NCBI GenBank assembly: GCA_030390025.1
Contig: CM059433.1
Coordinates: forward strand, 29,762,001-29,826,000
Source of the DNA: Squalus acanthias
Taxonomy: Eukaryota
Direction of reading: 5' to 3'
Length of the DNA stretch: 64,000 nt
Positions 23,841 through 36,627 of the stretch are shown here, in pieces. A program made the translations under genes and the position numbers. The notes under the pieces are model-generated. The model had not been told where the DNA came from, searched no databases, and saw nothing but the letters and a program-made list of their open reading frames with translations. The first letter of the stretch is position 1; each line of letters begins with the position of its first letter.

Positions 23841-26177
23841 GGGCAGTTTATAGGTCAACATTAGGGCTCCAGCTATTGACTACTGTCAGAGGTGAAAAAA
23901 TTAGTCAAGGTTGCATTTCTTCGTGCAACCAGGTAAACCTATCAAACACCAAATGCCCTTTATACATACTCCCAAAGTCAGGCCTTTAGGGAACCCTTCC
24001 AAGCTGAGACTTCGCTATCCTAACAGCATGTATTGATGTTTGATTCGTTCCATGATCCAATTCTTCTAGCAGAGCTTGGCCCACCCTATTATACAAAGTA
24101 GATACGAAGCACTCAATGGCTATGATCCACCTCGATAAAGCACAAGTCCATCCTATAACTGAATACTGCTCCCAAGAAAAATGCAAATGTAGCACTAGGG
24201 TTCATTTCTAGAGGAATAAAATTTAAAAGCAGAAAGGTTATGTTAAACCTTGGTTAGACCACATCAGGGCTGGATTTTACCAACCTCGGCGGGTCCGTGG
24301 CGGGCAACGTCGGTGGCGGGTCCCGACCCCGCTGTTGGCTCCAGGCCGCTCTGTAGAATGATTTTCCCTTGATTGAGCTTGTTAAGCCCGACCAGTGAGT
24401 TTCCTGGCCAATTGAAGGAAGCGGGTCTGATGACGTCATTTGATGATGCATCATCATCCGGTTTCCTTAAAGGGACCATGCGCAAATTCACTTTGACATT
24501 TGTGCTGTCAGTGTTCTGCAGCATTGAGGTGCATCAAACACTAACGAGCACTGCACAAAGGTGCACGGCTGCACCCAGGCTCTCCCATGACTCCCTCCAT
24601 ATGCTTATGGAGGTAGTCACAGCACGCAGGGAGATTCTCTTCACTTCCAATGGGCAGAGGAGACCTCCCCAGGAGACCAAAGCAGCCTGGTTACACATTG
24701 CACAGGAGGACACAAGCAGGGATGTCGTCAGGAGTCCCTGGCTGCAGTGGCGCAAACATTTCAATGATCTCAGTAGATTACTGAAAAGCCACACTCAACC
24801 TCATCCTGCTGTGCCACTCATCACATCCCCATCACTCTGCCTTCCCTACCCTACTCCTGCACATCCTTACTCACACCAACTTACCTTGCACCTCCACCCA
24901 CCCCTCTCTATCTATGTTATCACTTCCTCATCTCACTAGCCACCCCTCACACTCACCCTAGTCCAATCATGCCAACTAACAACACACAAGGGTAGCCACT
25001 TGGGTGTTTTATGCAATGTTCACGTAAAGTTTCTGTGAATGTGGTGTCAAACATTGAAACGTTTATTTTCAACACTTTGCGTTCTTGGACAGATTTGTGT
25101 GCACCTTTGGAAGTGGCTTAGTGAGTTGCAGTGAATGGTGAGTCATAACGGTACCCCCTGCAATGGTGATGAGTGTGAAAGGATTGGCTTGGGCATTGTA
25201 GGGATGCTTTAAGGTGTTGGTTTGGGTGGTGCCAACCTGGCGCATCATGTGGCAGCCAGGGTGTACAGCATCAAGTGAAGTAAATATGGCCATGGTGATG
25301 CCATCCCTGGCCTCCCGGGCAGCAATGTGGTTGGGTGCTGATGCCCTGTGTCCTGTGCAGCATCAGGTGATTGCAGAGAAGGTTGGTGTTATTGTTGGTG
25401 ATGCTGGTGTGCCTGGTGCTGCTGGTGTTGGGTCTGATCATGGTGGGATTCTGAGGACCAAGGTGAGATAGTTTCAAGGGCACCGATGCTGCTGGAATAG
25501 ATGGCAGATGAAGTAGAGATGACAGAAGCAATCTGTCAATGGTGGGAGAGGTAATGAGGTCAGACTGGATGGAGACTTGTGTAAAGACTTGCAGCATTCT
25601 GAATCTGTAGTGGAAATGCAGTTTAGAGAAGCTAGTAGCTAAGGGAAGATATTTGAATCAGCTGGGAGCTTTGACCTGACATTTGAAGCTGTTAACTCAT
25701 CAGCTGAATCAATGGCCGCTGACCTCCTGCCTCAGCTTCACAGACGAGGTCTAGGCATAGCTGGAAACTGGTGGGCGACCTGTCAAAATCAAAAAGCTGG
25801 GAAAAAAGCATTGTTAAGTGGCTGTAAACAAGCCACTAATAATTTAATGGCCCGTATTTTACGAGGCCTGCGATCTGGAAAAATCTGCGCCCTTACCTGA
25901 GGGCTCCCAGGACGCACACACATCCAATCCTGGGCCTCACCAAACTTGAAGTGTGTAGGGCCCACGTATCCCAGGGGCGCAGGTAGTTCACAGTGTCCCT
26001 GGGATCACGTGAGCCATGGGGAGCCAATCACAGAAGGGAATCTCCCTTCATACATTTGACAGGAAGACCTGTCAAATATATGAATGGAGATCAATGAAAA
26101 AACATAGTAAAACTTTAAATACATTTTTTTTTTTAAAAATCACATTTTTAAAATGACTTGAAATTACAATAAATTAA

Positions 26178-26951
26178 GGGGTAAAAATTGAGTTGCGCCC
26201 CATTTGGGGCGCTAACCTCGCCGGGGCGCGACTTTTAGCGCCCCGAAAAAATTAGCGGCCCCGCGCCGGAACTTCAGTGGTTGCGCCCCAAGAGGGAAGC
26301 GGGGTGCCACTGGAAGCACCCCGCATCCCTCTTGGGGCGCTGCGAGTGAATATCCTGGCGCTACGTGCCGCAGCGCCATGCGCTGCGGCACGTCGCGCCG
26401 CGGTATTGCAGGCCTTCCTCCCCTTCTTAAAGGGGAGGGACCCTGCGCAGCGCGAACCGGGGCCCAGCTGGGCCCCCAGGGATCGGGAGTGCCGGCAAAA
26501 GAGCCCGGCACTCAAGAGAAGTGCCGGGCTCTTGGAGCGCAGCCGGCACTTCACGGTGGGGGGGGCTTCACGGGGGCCGGGGACAGCAACGGGGGCAGGT
26601 GCTGGCAGGCGGCCAGCAACAAAAATGGCCGCCTGCCACCTCCCCTTTAAATATCGCCGCCCCGGCCGCACGTACGCCTCCCTGAACCCGTCGGACATAG
26701 CGTCTGGCGGTAAATCAGTGGGCACGACTGAAGATCGCGGCTGGAGCGCGAGCGGGGTGCTGCGCACGGCGATGACGTCATCACCGGCGGCGCAGCGCCA
26801 CAGGGCGCTACCGGCTGGCGCCGCCACTAACCTCCCGCTGAATTTTACGGGAGGCGTGGGCGGCGCTGCGCCCGGGCGTTAGCTGCTTTACGCCCCATTG
26901 GCGCCCTCTTAAGGCGCTAACGGGAGGCGCAAGCAGCTGAATTTTTCCCCC
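26178..26951 (+). mobile_element. MITE family A (young)
   Basis: TIRs GGGGTAAAAATT/AATTTTTCCCCC; TSD TAA, typical of PIF/Harbinger. Confidence 0.9.
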
Positions 26952-27145
26952 TAAGTATTTTAAACAAAAATTTTATTTTTTGAAAAAAATTAAAGTTTTT
27001 TACGGGGCTAAAAATAAACTTACCTTTTTTTAAAGTATTTTTAAATGATAAATCAGTGAAAAAACATTTTTTTAAAACTTTTTTCAACTCTTATCCTGGT
27101 AAAAGCAGGCCTTATGCCTGCTTTTACCAGGCATAAGAATTGTAA

Positions 27146-27918
27146 GGGGGAAAAATTCAGCTGCTTGCGCCTCCCGTTAGCGCCTTAAGAGGGCGCTAAT
27201 GGGGCGTAAAGCAGCTAACGCCCGGGCGCAGCGCCGCCCACGCCTCCCGTAAAATTCAGCGGGAGGTTAGTGGCGGCGCCAGCCGGTAGCGCCCTGTGGC
27301 GCTGCGCCGCCGGTGATGACGTCATCGCCGTGCGCAGCACCCCGCTCGCGCTCCAGCCGCGATCTTCAGTCGTGCCCACTGATTTACCGCCAGACGCTAT
27401 GTCCGACGGGTTCAGGGAGGCGTACGTGCGGCCGGGGCGGCGATATTTAAAGGGGAGGTGGCAGGCGGCCATTTTTGTTGCTGGCCGCCTGCCAGCACCT
27501 GCCCCCGTTGCTGTCCCCGGCCCCCGTGAAGCCCCCCCACCGTGAAGTGCCGGCTGCGCTCCAAGAGCCCGGCACTTCTCTTGAGTGCCGGGCTCTTTTG
27601 CCGGCACTCCCGATCCCTGGGGGCCCAGCTGGGCCCCGGTTCGCGCTGCGCAGGGTCCCTCCCCTTTAAGAAGGGGAGGAAGGCCTGCAGTACCGCGGCG
27701 CGACGTGCCGCAGCGCCTGGCGCTGCGGCACGTAGCGCCAGGATATTCCCTCGCAGCGCCCCAAGAGGGATGCGGGGTGCTTCCAGTGGCGCCCCGCTTC
27801 CCTCTTGGGGCGCAACCACTGAAGTTCCGGCGCGGGGCCGCTAATTTTTTCGGGGCGCTAAAAGTCGCGCCCCGGCGAGGTTAGCGCCCCAAATGGGGCG
27901 CGACTCAATTTTTACCCC
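27146..27918 (-). mobile_element. MITE family A (young, inverted copy)
   Basis: Near-identical reverse complement of 26178-26951; the ORF track gives mirror peptides. Confidence 0.9.
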
Positions 27919-28749
27919 AAGGGGTTTTCTGCGGGTGGAGGGTCCCCAAAAAGCGGAACTATCCGCCCGCAGAGACCCTTCTCCAGGGCAGCCGGAGGAT
28001 CCGTCAAGAACATTCTTGACAGATCGGAAATGCCGGTTTTCAGCGCATGCGCTGTGCATGCCTGAAACCGGCATTTCCGATGTCCCTACGGGTGGGTACA
28101 CAGCGCGTACCCACCTGTAGGGATCGGAATATCTGGGCCAATTTGCCTCCCCCGCCGCTGCGTGTCGGGTCTGCTCAACATTAGCAGACCTAACATTTGG
28201 TAAAGGTGCGTGGCGGCGGGTTGACAGCGGATCCCCGACCCGCTGTCAACAAAAAACATTTTCCCACCCGACTCACCATCGATTGTGCCCACTGACCCCC
28301 TGAAAAACTCCCCCTTAGAATACTGTGCACAGTTCTGGTCTCCATATTACAGAAAGGATATAGAGGCACTGGTGAAGGTGCAAACAAAAATTACAAGGAT
28401 GATACCAGAACTGAGAGGTTATAACTATCAGGAGGGACTGATCAGGCTGGAGCTCTTTTCTTTATAAAAGAGAAGGCTGAGGAGTGACCTGATAGAGGTC
28501 TTTAACATTATGAAGGGGTTCAATAGGATAGACGTAGAGCAAAAGTTTCCACTTGTGAAGAGTCCAAAACTAGAAGTCATAGATATAAGATAGTCACTAT
28601 CAGGAATTCAGGAGCAACTTCTTTACCCAGAGAATGGAGAGAATGTGCACCTCGCTACCACAAGGTGTAGTTGAGGCAAATAGCATAAATGCATTTAAGG
28701 GAAACCTAGATAAGTGCATGATGGCAAAAATAATAGAAGGATATGCAGT

Positions 28750-29108
28750 AATAAAAACAGAAAATGCTGGAAATACTCAGCAGGTCAGGCAGCATCCGTG
28801 GAGAGAGAAACAGAGTTAACGTTTCAGGTCGATGACCTTTCGTCAGAACTGGAAAAAGTTAGAGATGTAACAGAATTTAAGCAAGAGCCGGGACAGGGGA
28901 AGGGAGGGGGGCAGGAAAGAACAAAAGGGAAGGCCTGTGATAGGTTGGAAGGCAAGAGTGATTAAATGACAAAAGAAATTATAGTACAAATCAAAGGACC
29001 CTATTTTTTCCACATGGCAGCTGTTGATTCTGCCATTCCCATTTACACCTCTTCTAGACTTATCTTTTGTTTCTTTACTTGTCCCATTATCATTTCCTTT
29101 TGCTTTGT
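28750..29108 (-). mobile_element. Penelope pLTR fragment with a hammerhead at 28814-28850
   Basis: agtt-CTGACGA-a-AGGTC atc GACCT-GAA-ACGT-T-aact on the minus strand. Confidence 0.8.
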
Positions 29109-29679
29109 AGGACTGCAGACTGGTCCACACAGTGAGAAGAGGTGTAGCATCCTCCAGAGCATGTGGAAGGCGGGGTTGGTTTCCACACCATGGAATGCCC
29201 TGGACCTCCAAAGACAGGGACATTTTCTTTTAAGTTTCAGGCTTGTCCCTTTTAAAACAGGGTGCTGAGGGGTTGGTGGGTATCTCTGATGGAGGTGGGT
29301 GGGCCTAGGCACCAGAACTCCTGGCAGCATGGGGGCAGGTCAAGGCACTCACTGGACCCATGGAAATGAGGTTCCCTCCCACCGATCCCTCAAACTACGG
29401 TAAGGTTAGCACGGGGTGGGGGGAGGCGGTGCAGGGGGCACCAGCGGGCATGATCTGAAGTGAATTTTTGGGGGCGTTGTATCTTTAGCAGTAATCTGAA
29501 TGCAAAAATTGCAGAGTAAATAGAAAATACATTTTCTACTGTCACCAGGAATAAAATGGTTGTAAAACTTTCCAAGATGTCAATACTCATTATATTTCAT
29601 GCTCAGGATGCATTAACTTTGAAAAACGTCTTCCAACTAATTGAAAATACAGTCCCTCCCGCTTATAGAGGACGTGTTG

Positions 29680-29815
29680 CAATGTTCCCTCTAATTTGGC
29701 CGCGTGGCCCATTAAAAATTTTGTGCATGCGCGGTTTTTATATTTAAAAGCCGGTAAGCCGGCTGCGCAGGACCTCCAGAGCACTGTGCGGCAGCGCAGT
29801 TTACAGGAAACATTG
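29680..29815. mobile_element. Small hAT-like MITE
   Basis: TIRs CAATGTTCCCT/AGGAAACATTG; relatives at 34932-35101 and 31251-31379 (8-bp GTTCCTAT duplication). Confidence 0.6.
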
Positions 29816-30109
29816 GTGTGTTGGTGTTTATGCGATTTGCTCACTATTTGTGGTGGACAGTATAACAAGTAACGGGAAGGGAGAAGGCAGCCTAACTATA
29901 CATATAACTACAACTGTGACAGTTGGGAAAATAGTGAGGCAAATCTAGATGTGCAATTTATTGATCTTCCCTTTCTCTCATCAAGACCCACAGTTTCATC
30001 AGTCACTTGCTCAGGGAGCCACTCTCTGGGGCACAGATCTACACCTGCAATTTTCCTGCTCCTGACTTCAATGGTGCAACTTGGGCGAGGAGGGTGGGGG
30101 GCATTAGTA

Positions 30110-30542
30110 CAGTGGCTGCATCTAGTGACATCACTATTCCCAGCTAGAATGGAGATGATTGGGCAATTCCCCCATCAATCATGCCTGGAGACAGCACTGC
30201 TTTAAGTGACTAGGATTGATTTTACACACACAATTTGTATTACGTAACTATCCTCCACTCGCTGCCTTTTGCTGGAGAAATAATCCTGCATTTATCGGGA
30301 GACTTTGCTGTAGTTTCGGTCATGAGTTCTGATTACTGTAGTCCATGGAGAATCTGTTTAAATAGACTCTGTAGACTGTTTGCTGTAGTGCACTGTTTAA
30401 ATAGACTCTGCTTGCTGTGAGTCCTGCCATAAGTCCCACCCTGCCACCAAATTATTGGTTGACACAGTGCATCTCATTGGTCGATACAGTGCATCTCATT
30501 GGTGGACACAGTGCATCTCACTGGCTGACACAGTGGTGTTAA
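30110..30542. repeat. Unclassified dispersed repeat with a 21-bp tandem array; inverted homologue at 43416-43790
   Basis: Shared segments such as GATTGATTTTACACACACAATTTGTATTA; about four GACACAGTGCATCTCATTGGT units. Confidence 0.7.
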
Positions 30543-30796
30543 TAGTGCAGACCCCATGGGAAGGAGAGAGAGAACCGAAGGATCAAGAGTACCATTAAAG
30601 TTCTACTTTAACAGAGCTATTTCACTGCAAGGAAGCTCATGCAAAGAGGCCTTTTAACCAACCGAATGGGAGAGGACCGAAGTGGCAGAACAAGAAAGGA
30701 AAGCGATGCGACACAGTATGCCTAAAATAGTCGGCGTGCTTAATACGGTATACGTGGCGGCTATGTAATGATATCAGTGTGATACCGATATCAGTG

Positions 30797-31250
30797 TGAT
30801 ACCGGGGCTAAAAGGGTTAAATTATGAGCACAGATTACATAGACTAGGTTTGTATTCCCTTGAATATAGAAGATTAAGGGGTGATCTAATTGTGTTTGTG
30901 ATTAAAGGATTTTATAGGGTAGATAAAGAGAAACTATTTCTTCTGGTGGGGGAGTCCAGCACAAGAAGGCATAACCTTAAAATTCGAGCTAGGCCATTCA
31001 GGAGTGGTGTCAGGAAGCACTTCTTCACACAATGGGTAGTGGGAATCTGGAACTCTGTCCCCCAAAAAGCTGTTGAGGCTGGGGGTTTATTGAAAATTTC
31101 AAAACTGTGGTGGATAGGTTTTTTTTTTAGGCAAGAGTATTAAGGGTTATGGAACCAAGGCGTGTAAATGGAGTTAAGATAAAGATCAGTTATGATCTAA
31201 TTGAATGGCAGAACAGGCTCGAGGGTCTGAATGGCTTACTGCTGTTCCTA
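30797..31250 (+). mobile_element. CR1 3' end
   Basis: LYSLEYRRLRGDLI..HFFTQWVVGIWNS. Confidence 0.88.
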
Positions 31251-31763
31251 TCGTGGAAGCTCAGTAATGGGAAAGGTCCCGCGCAGGCCGCTCACCAGCT
31301 TTTCCATTGCAAGTACCACGCATGCGCAAAAATTTAAAGGGACCGCGCAGAATGAAGCGCAGTTTAAAGGTAAACATTGGTTCCTATGTTCCTAATTGAC
31401 TCCTATGGTAATGGCAAACGGTTGGCGCCATTTGCCCGCTATAGGCAGCGGACTGTGGTAAGTGTAGATGGCAGAGGCGGTGGGTACTCTATTTAGATGT
31501 AATAATAGATAAGTTAGCCTATTGTAATTTTGCCCAGACCTGCTCTTTACCTGTAAATAATGTGCCACAGCTTCGGACTGAGGTGACTGTTCCTCATCTT
31601 TCAACTACTCTCGAGATTGAAAACCTATCCCCTCAGCATTTTTCTGTGAAGTAAAATTGACTCCCGTCCAAAAATGTCTCCTGTGACCCCTATCACACTA
31701 ACTGCTGCTGTACTGCTTCCTGCTTCCACATATGTAAAAAAACAAGACTTTAGTATATTATAA

Positions 31764-32061
31764 ACAGAAAATGCTGGGAGACACCCAGCAGGCCAGGCAG
31801 CAACTGTGGAGAAAAAGAAAGACTTGCATTTCTATCGCACCTTTCATGAACTCAGGACATCCCAAAACGCTTTACAGCCAATTAAATACTTTTAAAGTAT
31901 CGTCACTCTTGCAATGTAGCAAACTGAGTTCTGACGAAAGGTCATGGACCTGAAACATTAACTCTGTTTCTCTCTCCACAGATGCTGCCTGACCTGCTGA
32001 GTGTTTTCAGCATTTTCTGTTTTTATTTCAGATTTCCAGCATCCACAGTGTTTTGCTTTTG
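31764..32061. mobile_element. Mini-Penelope with a partial inverted pLTR and an internal SINE tail
   Basis: TSD CTTTAGTATATTATAA/CTTTAGTATAATATAA; hammerhead-like motif ~31927-31963; SINE tail ~31815-31920. Confidence 0.7.
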
Positions 32062-32192
32062 CTTTAGTATAATATAACCATTTACATAGAATCCCTTGGC
32101 AGCACACAGTTGAATATCAATAACATATGCTTTACTTTCTTAATGGCCTATTATAGTACACAAGAGTTAAAGGATCAAAATTTCTTTACAAT

Positions 32193-32955
32193 GGCCCGGA
32201 TATTCCGATCCCTACAGGTGTGTACGCGCTGTGTACCCACCCGTAGGGACATCGGAAATGCCGGTTTCAGGCATGCACAGCGCATGCGCTGGAAACCGGC
32301 ATTTCCGATCTCTCAAGAATGGTCTTGACAGATCCTCCGGCTGCCCTGGAGAAGGGCCTCTGCGGGCAGATAGTTCCGCTTTTTTGAGACCCTCCACCCG
32401 CAGAAAACCCTTACAATTCTTACACCTGGTAAAATCAGGCGTAAGGCCTGCTTTTACCAGGATAAGAGTTGAAAAAAGTAAAAATAAAAAATAAAAATTT
32501 TCACTGACTTATCATTTAAAAATACTTTTAAAAAAGATAAGTTTATTTTTAGCCCCATAAAAAACTTTAATTATTTTTTCAAAAAATTACATTTTTGTTT
32601 AAAATACTTAATTTATTGTAATTTCAAGTCATTTTAAAAATGTGATTTTTAAAAAAAAATTATTTAAAGTTTTACTATGTTTTTTCATTGATCTCCATTC
32701 ATATATTTGACAGGTCTTCCTGTCAAATGTATGAAGGGAGATTCCCTTCTGTGATTGGCTCCCCATGGCTCACGTGATCCCAGGGACGCTGCGAACTACA
32801 TGCGCCTCTGGGATACGTGGGCCCTGCGCACTTCGAGTTTGGTGAGGCCCAGGATCGGATGTGTGTGCGTCCCGGGAGCCCTCAGGTAAGGGCGCAGATT
32901 TTTCCAGATCGCAGGCCTCCGCCCGCGGGAGGCCTGCGATCGGAAAATACGGGCC
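32193..32955. mobile_element. MITE family B (uninterrupted, 763 bp)
   Basis: TIRs GGCCCGGATATTCCGATC/GATCGGAAAATACGGGCC; several internal hairpins. Confidence 0.9.
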
Positions 32956-33206
32956 ATTATGTTTTTCCCCCACTAACTATATTAATCTGACTGAAGACGA
33001 AGTGATTGAAATCCAGTTTTTGTTCACGTTTTGTCAGTAAAATCTTTGAGCAAAGATTTAATGGTGAAAACCATTTAATCACCCCAGGCTCCCTCCAGCA
33101 GTATAAAACCAATGGCAGTAAAGTACATCTCACAGGCCATTAAATTAGACAGAACAAGTTATCAGTAGAGTCCCAATTGCAAAGGAAAGATTGAATGAGC
33201 ACTACA

Positions 33207-33920
33207 GTGTCAGCCATGGCTCAGTTGGTAGCACTCATGAAGGTCGTGGGTTCAAGCCCAACTCCATGAGACTTGATCTAGGCTGACACTCCCAGTGCTG
33301 TACTGAGGGAGTGCTGCACTGTTGGAGGTGACGTCTTTTGGAGAGGCCCAGGATTGGACGTGTGTGCATCCCAGGAGCCCTCAGGTAAGGGCGCAGATTT
33401 TTCCAGATCGCAGGCCTCGGAAAATACGGGCCATTAAATCATTAGTGGCTTGTTTACAGCCACTTAACAATGCTTTTTTCCCAGCTTTTTGATTTTGACA
33501 GGTCGCCCACCAGTTTCCAGCACTGTTGGAGGTGATGTCTTTTGGATGAGACGTTAAACCGAGGCCCCATCTGCCTCTCTCAGGTGAATGTAAAAGATCC
33601 ACATGGACTGCAGCGGTTCAAGAAGGTGGCTCACCACCACCTTCTCAAGGGCAATTAGGGATGGGCAATAAATGCTGGCCTTGCCAGCAATGCCCACACC
33701 CCATAAACGAATAAAAAAAATATCTCATGGCACTAGTCGAAGAGGAGAAGGGAAGTTCTCCCTGGTGTCCTTGCCAATATTTATCCCTCAATCAACATCA
33801 CTAGAACAGATTATCTGGTCATTATCTCATTGCTGTTTGTGGGATCTTGCTGTGCGCACATTGACTGCCATGTTTCCTGACTGAAATGAACGTCTTGAGG
33901 TTGTGAAAGTCTTTCTTTCA
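33207..33920 (+). mobile_element. DeuSINE interrupted by a templated insertion and a LINE 3' fragment
   Basis: A and B boxes at 33217-33260; the SINE resumes after 33521 and after ~33720. Confidence 0.8.
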
Positions 33921-34469
33921 TGTGGATGAGGACAGAATTTACTCCCTGTATGATCAACAAAAACTTGCATTTATGTAGCGCCTTTAATGTAGCATAAGGT
34001 TCCACGGTGCTTCACAGGAGTGTTCCCTTATTGTCCAGCCTCATACTGGGCGTGTCACTGTTAGAGCTATTAGCTGCGCATTTCCTACATTACAACAGTG
34101 ACTACAGTTCAAAAGGTACTTAATTGTCTATAAAGCACTTTTGGGATGTCTTGAGATCATGAAACATGTGATATAAATACAAGTCTTTCTTTCTCACTGT
34201 TGATGTTAGTGCTTTCAGGGAAGGAGGAGGAAATGAGAAGAAAATAAAGGAGAAAAGGAAATACAATCACATAAAAATGCACTCTAAACATGACTGAATT
34301 ACCTAAAATGGACTATAAGTTCAGTTCATCAAATTAGTCCGGACTATATAATTTAGGGGATCATCATACAAGATGTTGTATTAGAAATGTTAATAGAAAC
34401 ATAGAAAACATAGACATAGAAATATCGAAAATAATCTGCTGGAAATGATGTTCAGAAAAGTTCCTTTTG

Positions 34470-34835
34470 CCCCGAGATGGTTCAACTTGTTCATGCAGTG
34501 TGGAGTCATACAGACCAGGAAAGTCCCAGGTTCAAAGCTCAGTCTGCGCCACGTTAGAGCTGTGCGAATGCTACAATTGGGCCTCAGCCACTCTCGGTTT
34601 GGAGCAGGGAGAGCTGACCAAGTTTAAGCTATCCAGCGACCCCTGTTGGCAGTTTACACACGTGACTATCGGGTGAGGATGAGATCAGGCCTTCGGCTAA
34701 TGCCCTCGATGAGGGAATAGCCAGCTGGCATTCGCTGTCAAGGCTCCCGCATGAAGAATGGCCAAGTGGGTGCCTTACTGGAGGGTTACCATCTTCCATG
34801 GAATCGTAGCTCAACAGTGAATCAATGGAAAGGAG
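34470..34835 (+). mobile_element. Second SINE-like family (diverged); relatives at ~20470-20800, 61015-61295 and 63885-64000
   Basis: Shared motifs CATACAGACCAGGAA, CTACAATTGGCC, TATCCAG and ATGAAGAATGGCCA. Confidence 0.5.
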
Positions 34836-35141
34836 GAGAGGGGAACATAAGAACAGGAGTAGGCCATTCAGCCCCTTGAGCCTGTTCCGCCATTCAATTA
34901 GATCATTGCTGATCTGTATCTTAACTCCACCCAATGTTCCCTCTAATTTTTCTGTGTTGTGCGCGACCTGTTTATTTCAGGGCGTGGTACCTTTAAATTT
35001 GCTGCACCGCACGCACGGTATCTTAGAGGGAACAACTTGTGAGTGGCCTGCGCGCTACCTTCCAGATTGCTGCACAGCCTCGCAGCTTAAAGGGAACATT
35101 TGGTTCCGTACCCCTTAATACCCTTGCCTAACAAATATTTT

Positions 35142-35745
35142 GCTGTACACCTCCGTCCAGTCCGCAAGCATGACCCTGAGCTTCTGGTCGCTTGCCATTT
35201 TAATTCTCCGCTCCACTCCCACTCTGACCTCGGCCTTCTACACTGTTCCAGTGAAGCTCAACGGAAGCTCGAGGAACAGCACCTCATCTTTCAATGAGGC
35301 ACTTTACAGCCTTCTGGGCTCAACATCAATTTCAACAATTTCAGATCATAACCACTGTTCCCCTTTTTTCAGGCTGCAGGAGCTGGTAATGGTTGTGCTG
35401 TTGCCATTTACAGCTCCTCTAGACCCATATTTTGTTTCTTTACTTGTCCCATTACCACCCCCTTTTTGCCCTGCACCATCATACTTTTTGTCATTTAATC
35501 ACTCCTGCCTTCCACCCTATCACAGACCTTCCATTTTGTTCTTTCCTCCCCTCCCCCTCTTTCCTTGCCGCTGTACTTGCTTAAAAGCTGTTACATCTCT
35601 AACATTTTCCAGTTCTGACAAAAGGTCATTGACCTGAAATGTTAACTCTGTTTCTCTCTCCACAGGTGCTACATGTCCTGCTGAATATTTCCAGCATTTT
35701 CTGTTTCTATTTCAGATTTCCAGCATCCGCAGTATTTTGCCTTTA
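35142..35745 (+). mobile_element. Penelope 3' fragment with pLTR
   Basis: HLRPVRKHDPELLVACHFNS..KLEEQHLIF; mutated hammerhead ~35611-35647. Confidence 0.85.
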
Positions 35746-36627
35746 TTAGTAAAAAATCTATCAATCTCAGTTTTGAAATTTTCAATTGACCCCCAGATTC
35801 AAAAGCTTTTTGGGGGAGAGCGTTCCAGATTTCCACTGCCCTTTGTGTGTAGAAGTGCTCCCTGACATCACCTCAGTTTGGCCTAGCTCTAATTTTAAGG
35901 CTATGCCCGCTTTTAGGGAAAGGTAGCAAGGAATAAAAAGGCTCTTTGGATTTCTCCTGAGTTACTTTGTATTCTAGTTGTAAATGTTTGATGAGTTATA
36001 TTGATATTTTACCTTCTTGATAATGATGGATCCATTATAATTTTCTGTTAACTGAGCATGAAGTCAAGGAAGTTAATATACTCATATATTGGATTTAGTG
36101 TTCACACAACTTACATTGATCGATATGTGTATCTGACCCCTGAACCCTTGCTGTTCCAATCTGTTCTCTGTTATAATTCATTCTAATGCAATTCAAGGCG
36201 TCACTTACAATTTACAGAATCGCAATATAATATGCCATTCTGTTTTTCTTAGTTACATTGTACCTGAATAAACTCAGGCAGGATGGGAGATGGCCTCCGA
36301 GAGATATTGGGGGGGGTCTCATATCTTTGAACCCTAGTGTACTCCATGGTGTTGTGAGTTATAATGCCACTTTTGCATTGATAGCCACCCAAAACCACTT
36401 CACACTGATGCAAAAGTGGCAACAGAACTTCAGTCTTATTCCTTCAATTGTTGCGAAGCAAGTAGGGCCTTCACCTAGCTTTTATTTTTTTTTAAATTCC
36501 TTTCACATTCTGGCAGTTTTCCATGATCAAAACGTTACCATCCTCTCCCCCCTTTCTGTCCCTTCCTGCTTTCTCTTTCTGTCTTCTACCCCTCTTAACC
36601 CCTTTCATTTTTGTCTTCATTGTTTCT

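Larger units (their letters stand above)
25849..28139. mobile_element. MITE family B with two nested family A copies
   Basis: TIRs GGCCCGTATTTT/AATATCTGGGCC and TSD AAT; an inverted near-identical homologue lies at 32193-32955. Confidence 0.9.
24267..28314. mobile_element. Harbinger derivative (Myb/SANT exon on +, transposase remnant on -)
   Basis: ~24540-24790 reads AAPRLSHDSLHMLME..AWLHIAQE..WLQWRKHFNDL; transposase remnant ~25490-25272; degenerate TIRs; TSD tca/tta. Confidence 0.8.
24190..28748 (+). mobile_element. CR1 fragment interrupted by the Harbinger nest
   Basis: GGTTAGACCACA before 24267 continues as TTAGAATACTGTGCACAG (LEYCAQFWSP) at 28315. Confidence 0.8.

Noticed and set aside
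26212..27884. Many overlapping 90-200 aa ORFs
   Set aside because: They arise from very GC-rich MITE A copies that are open in most frames; mirror peptides and no domain.
30462..30535. CRISPR-like short repeat array
   Set aside because: Contiguous tandem units with no spacers, eukaryotic context and no cas genes.
33207..33275. SINE heads as tRNA genes
   Set aside because: A and B boxes are present, but there is no full cloverleaf and they continue into the SINE body.
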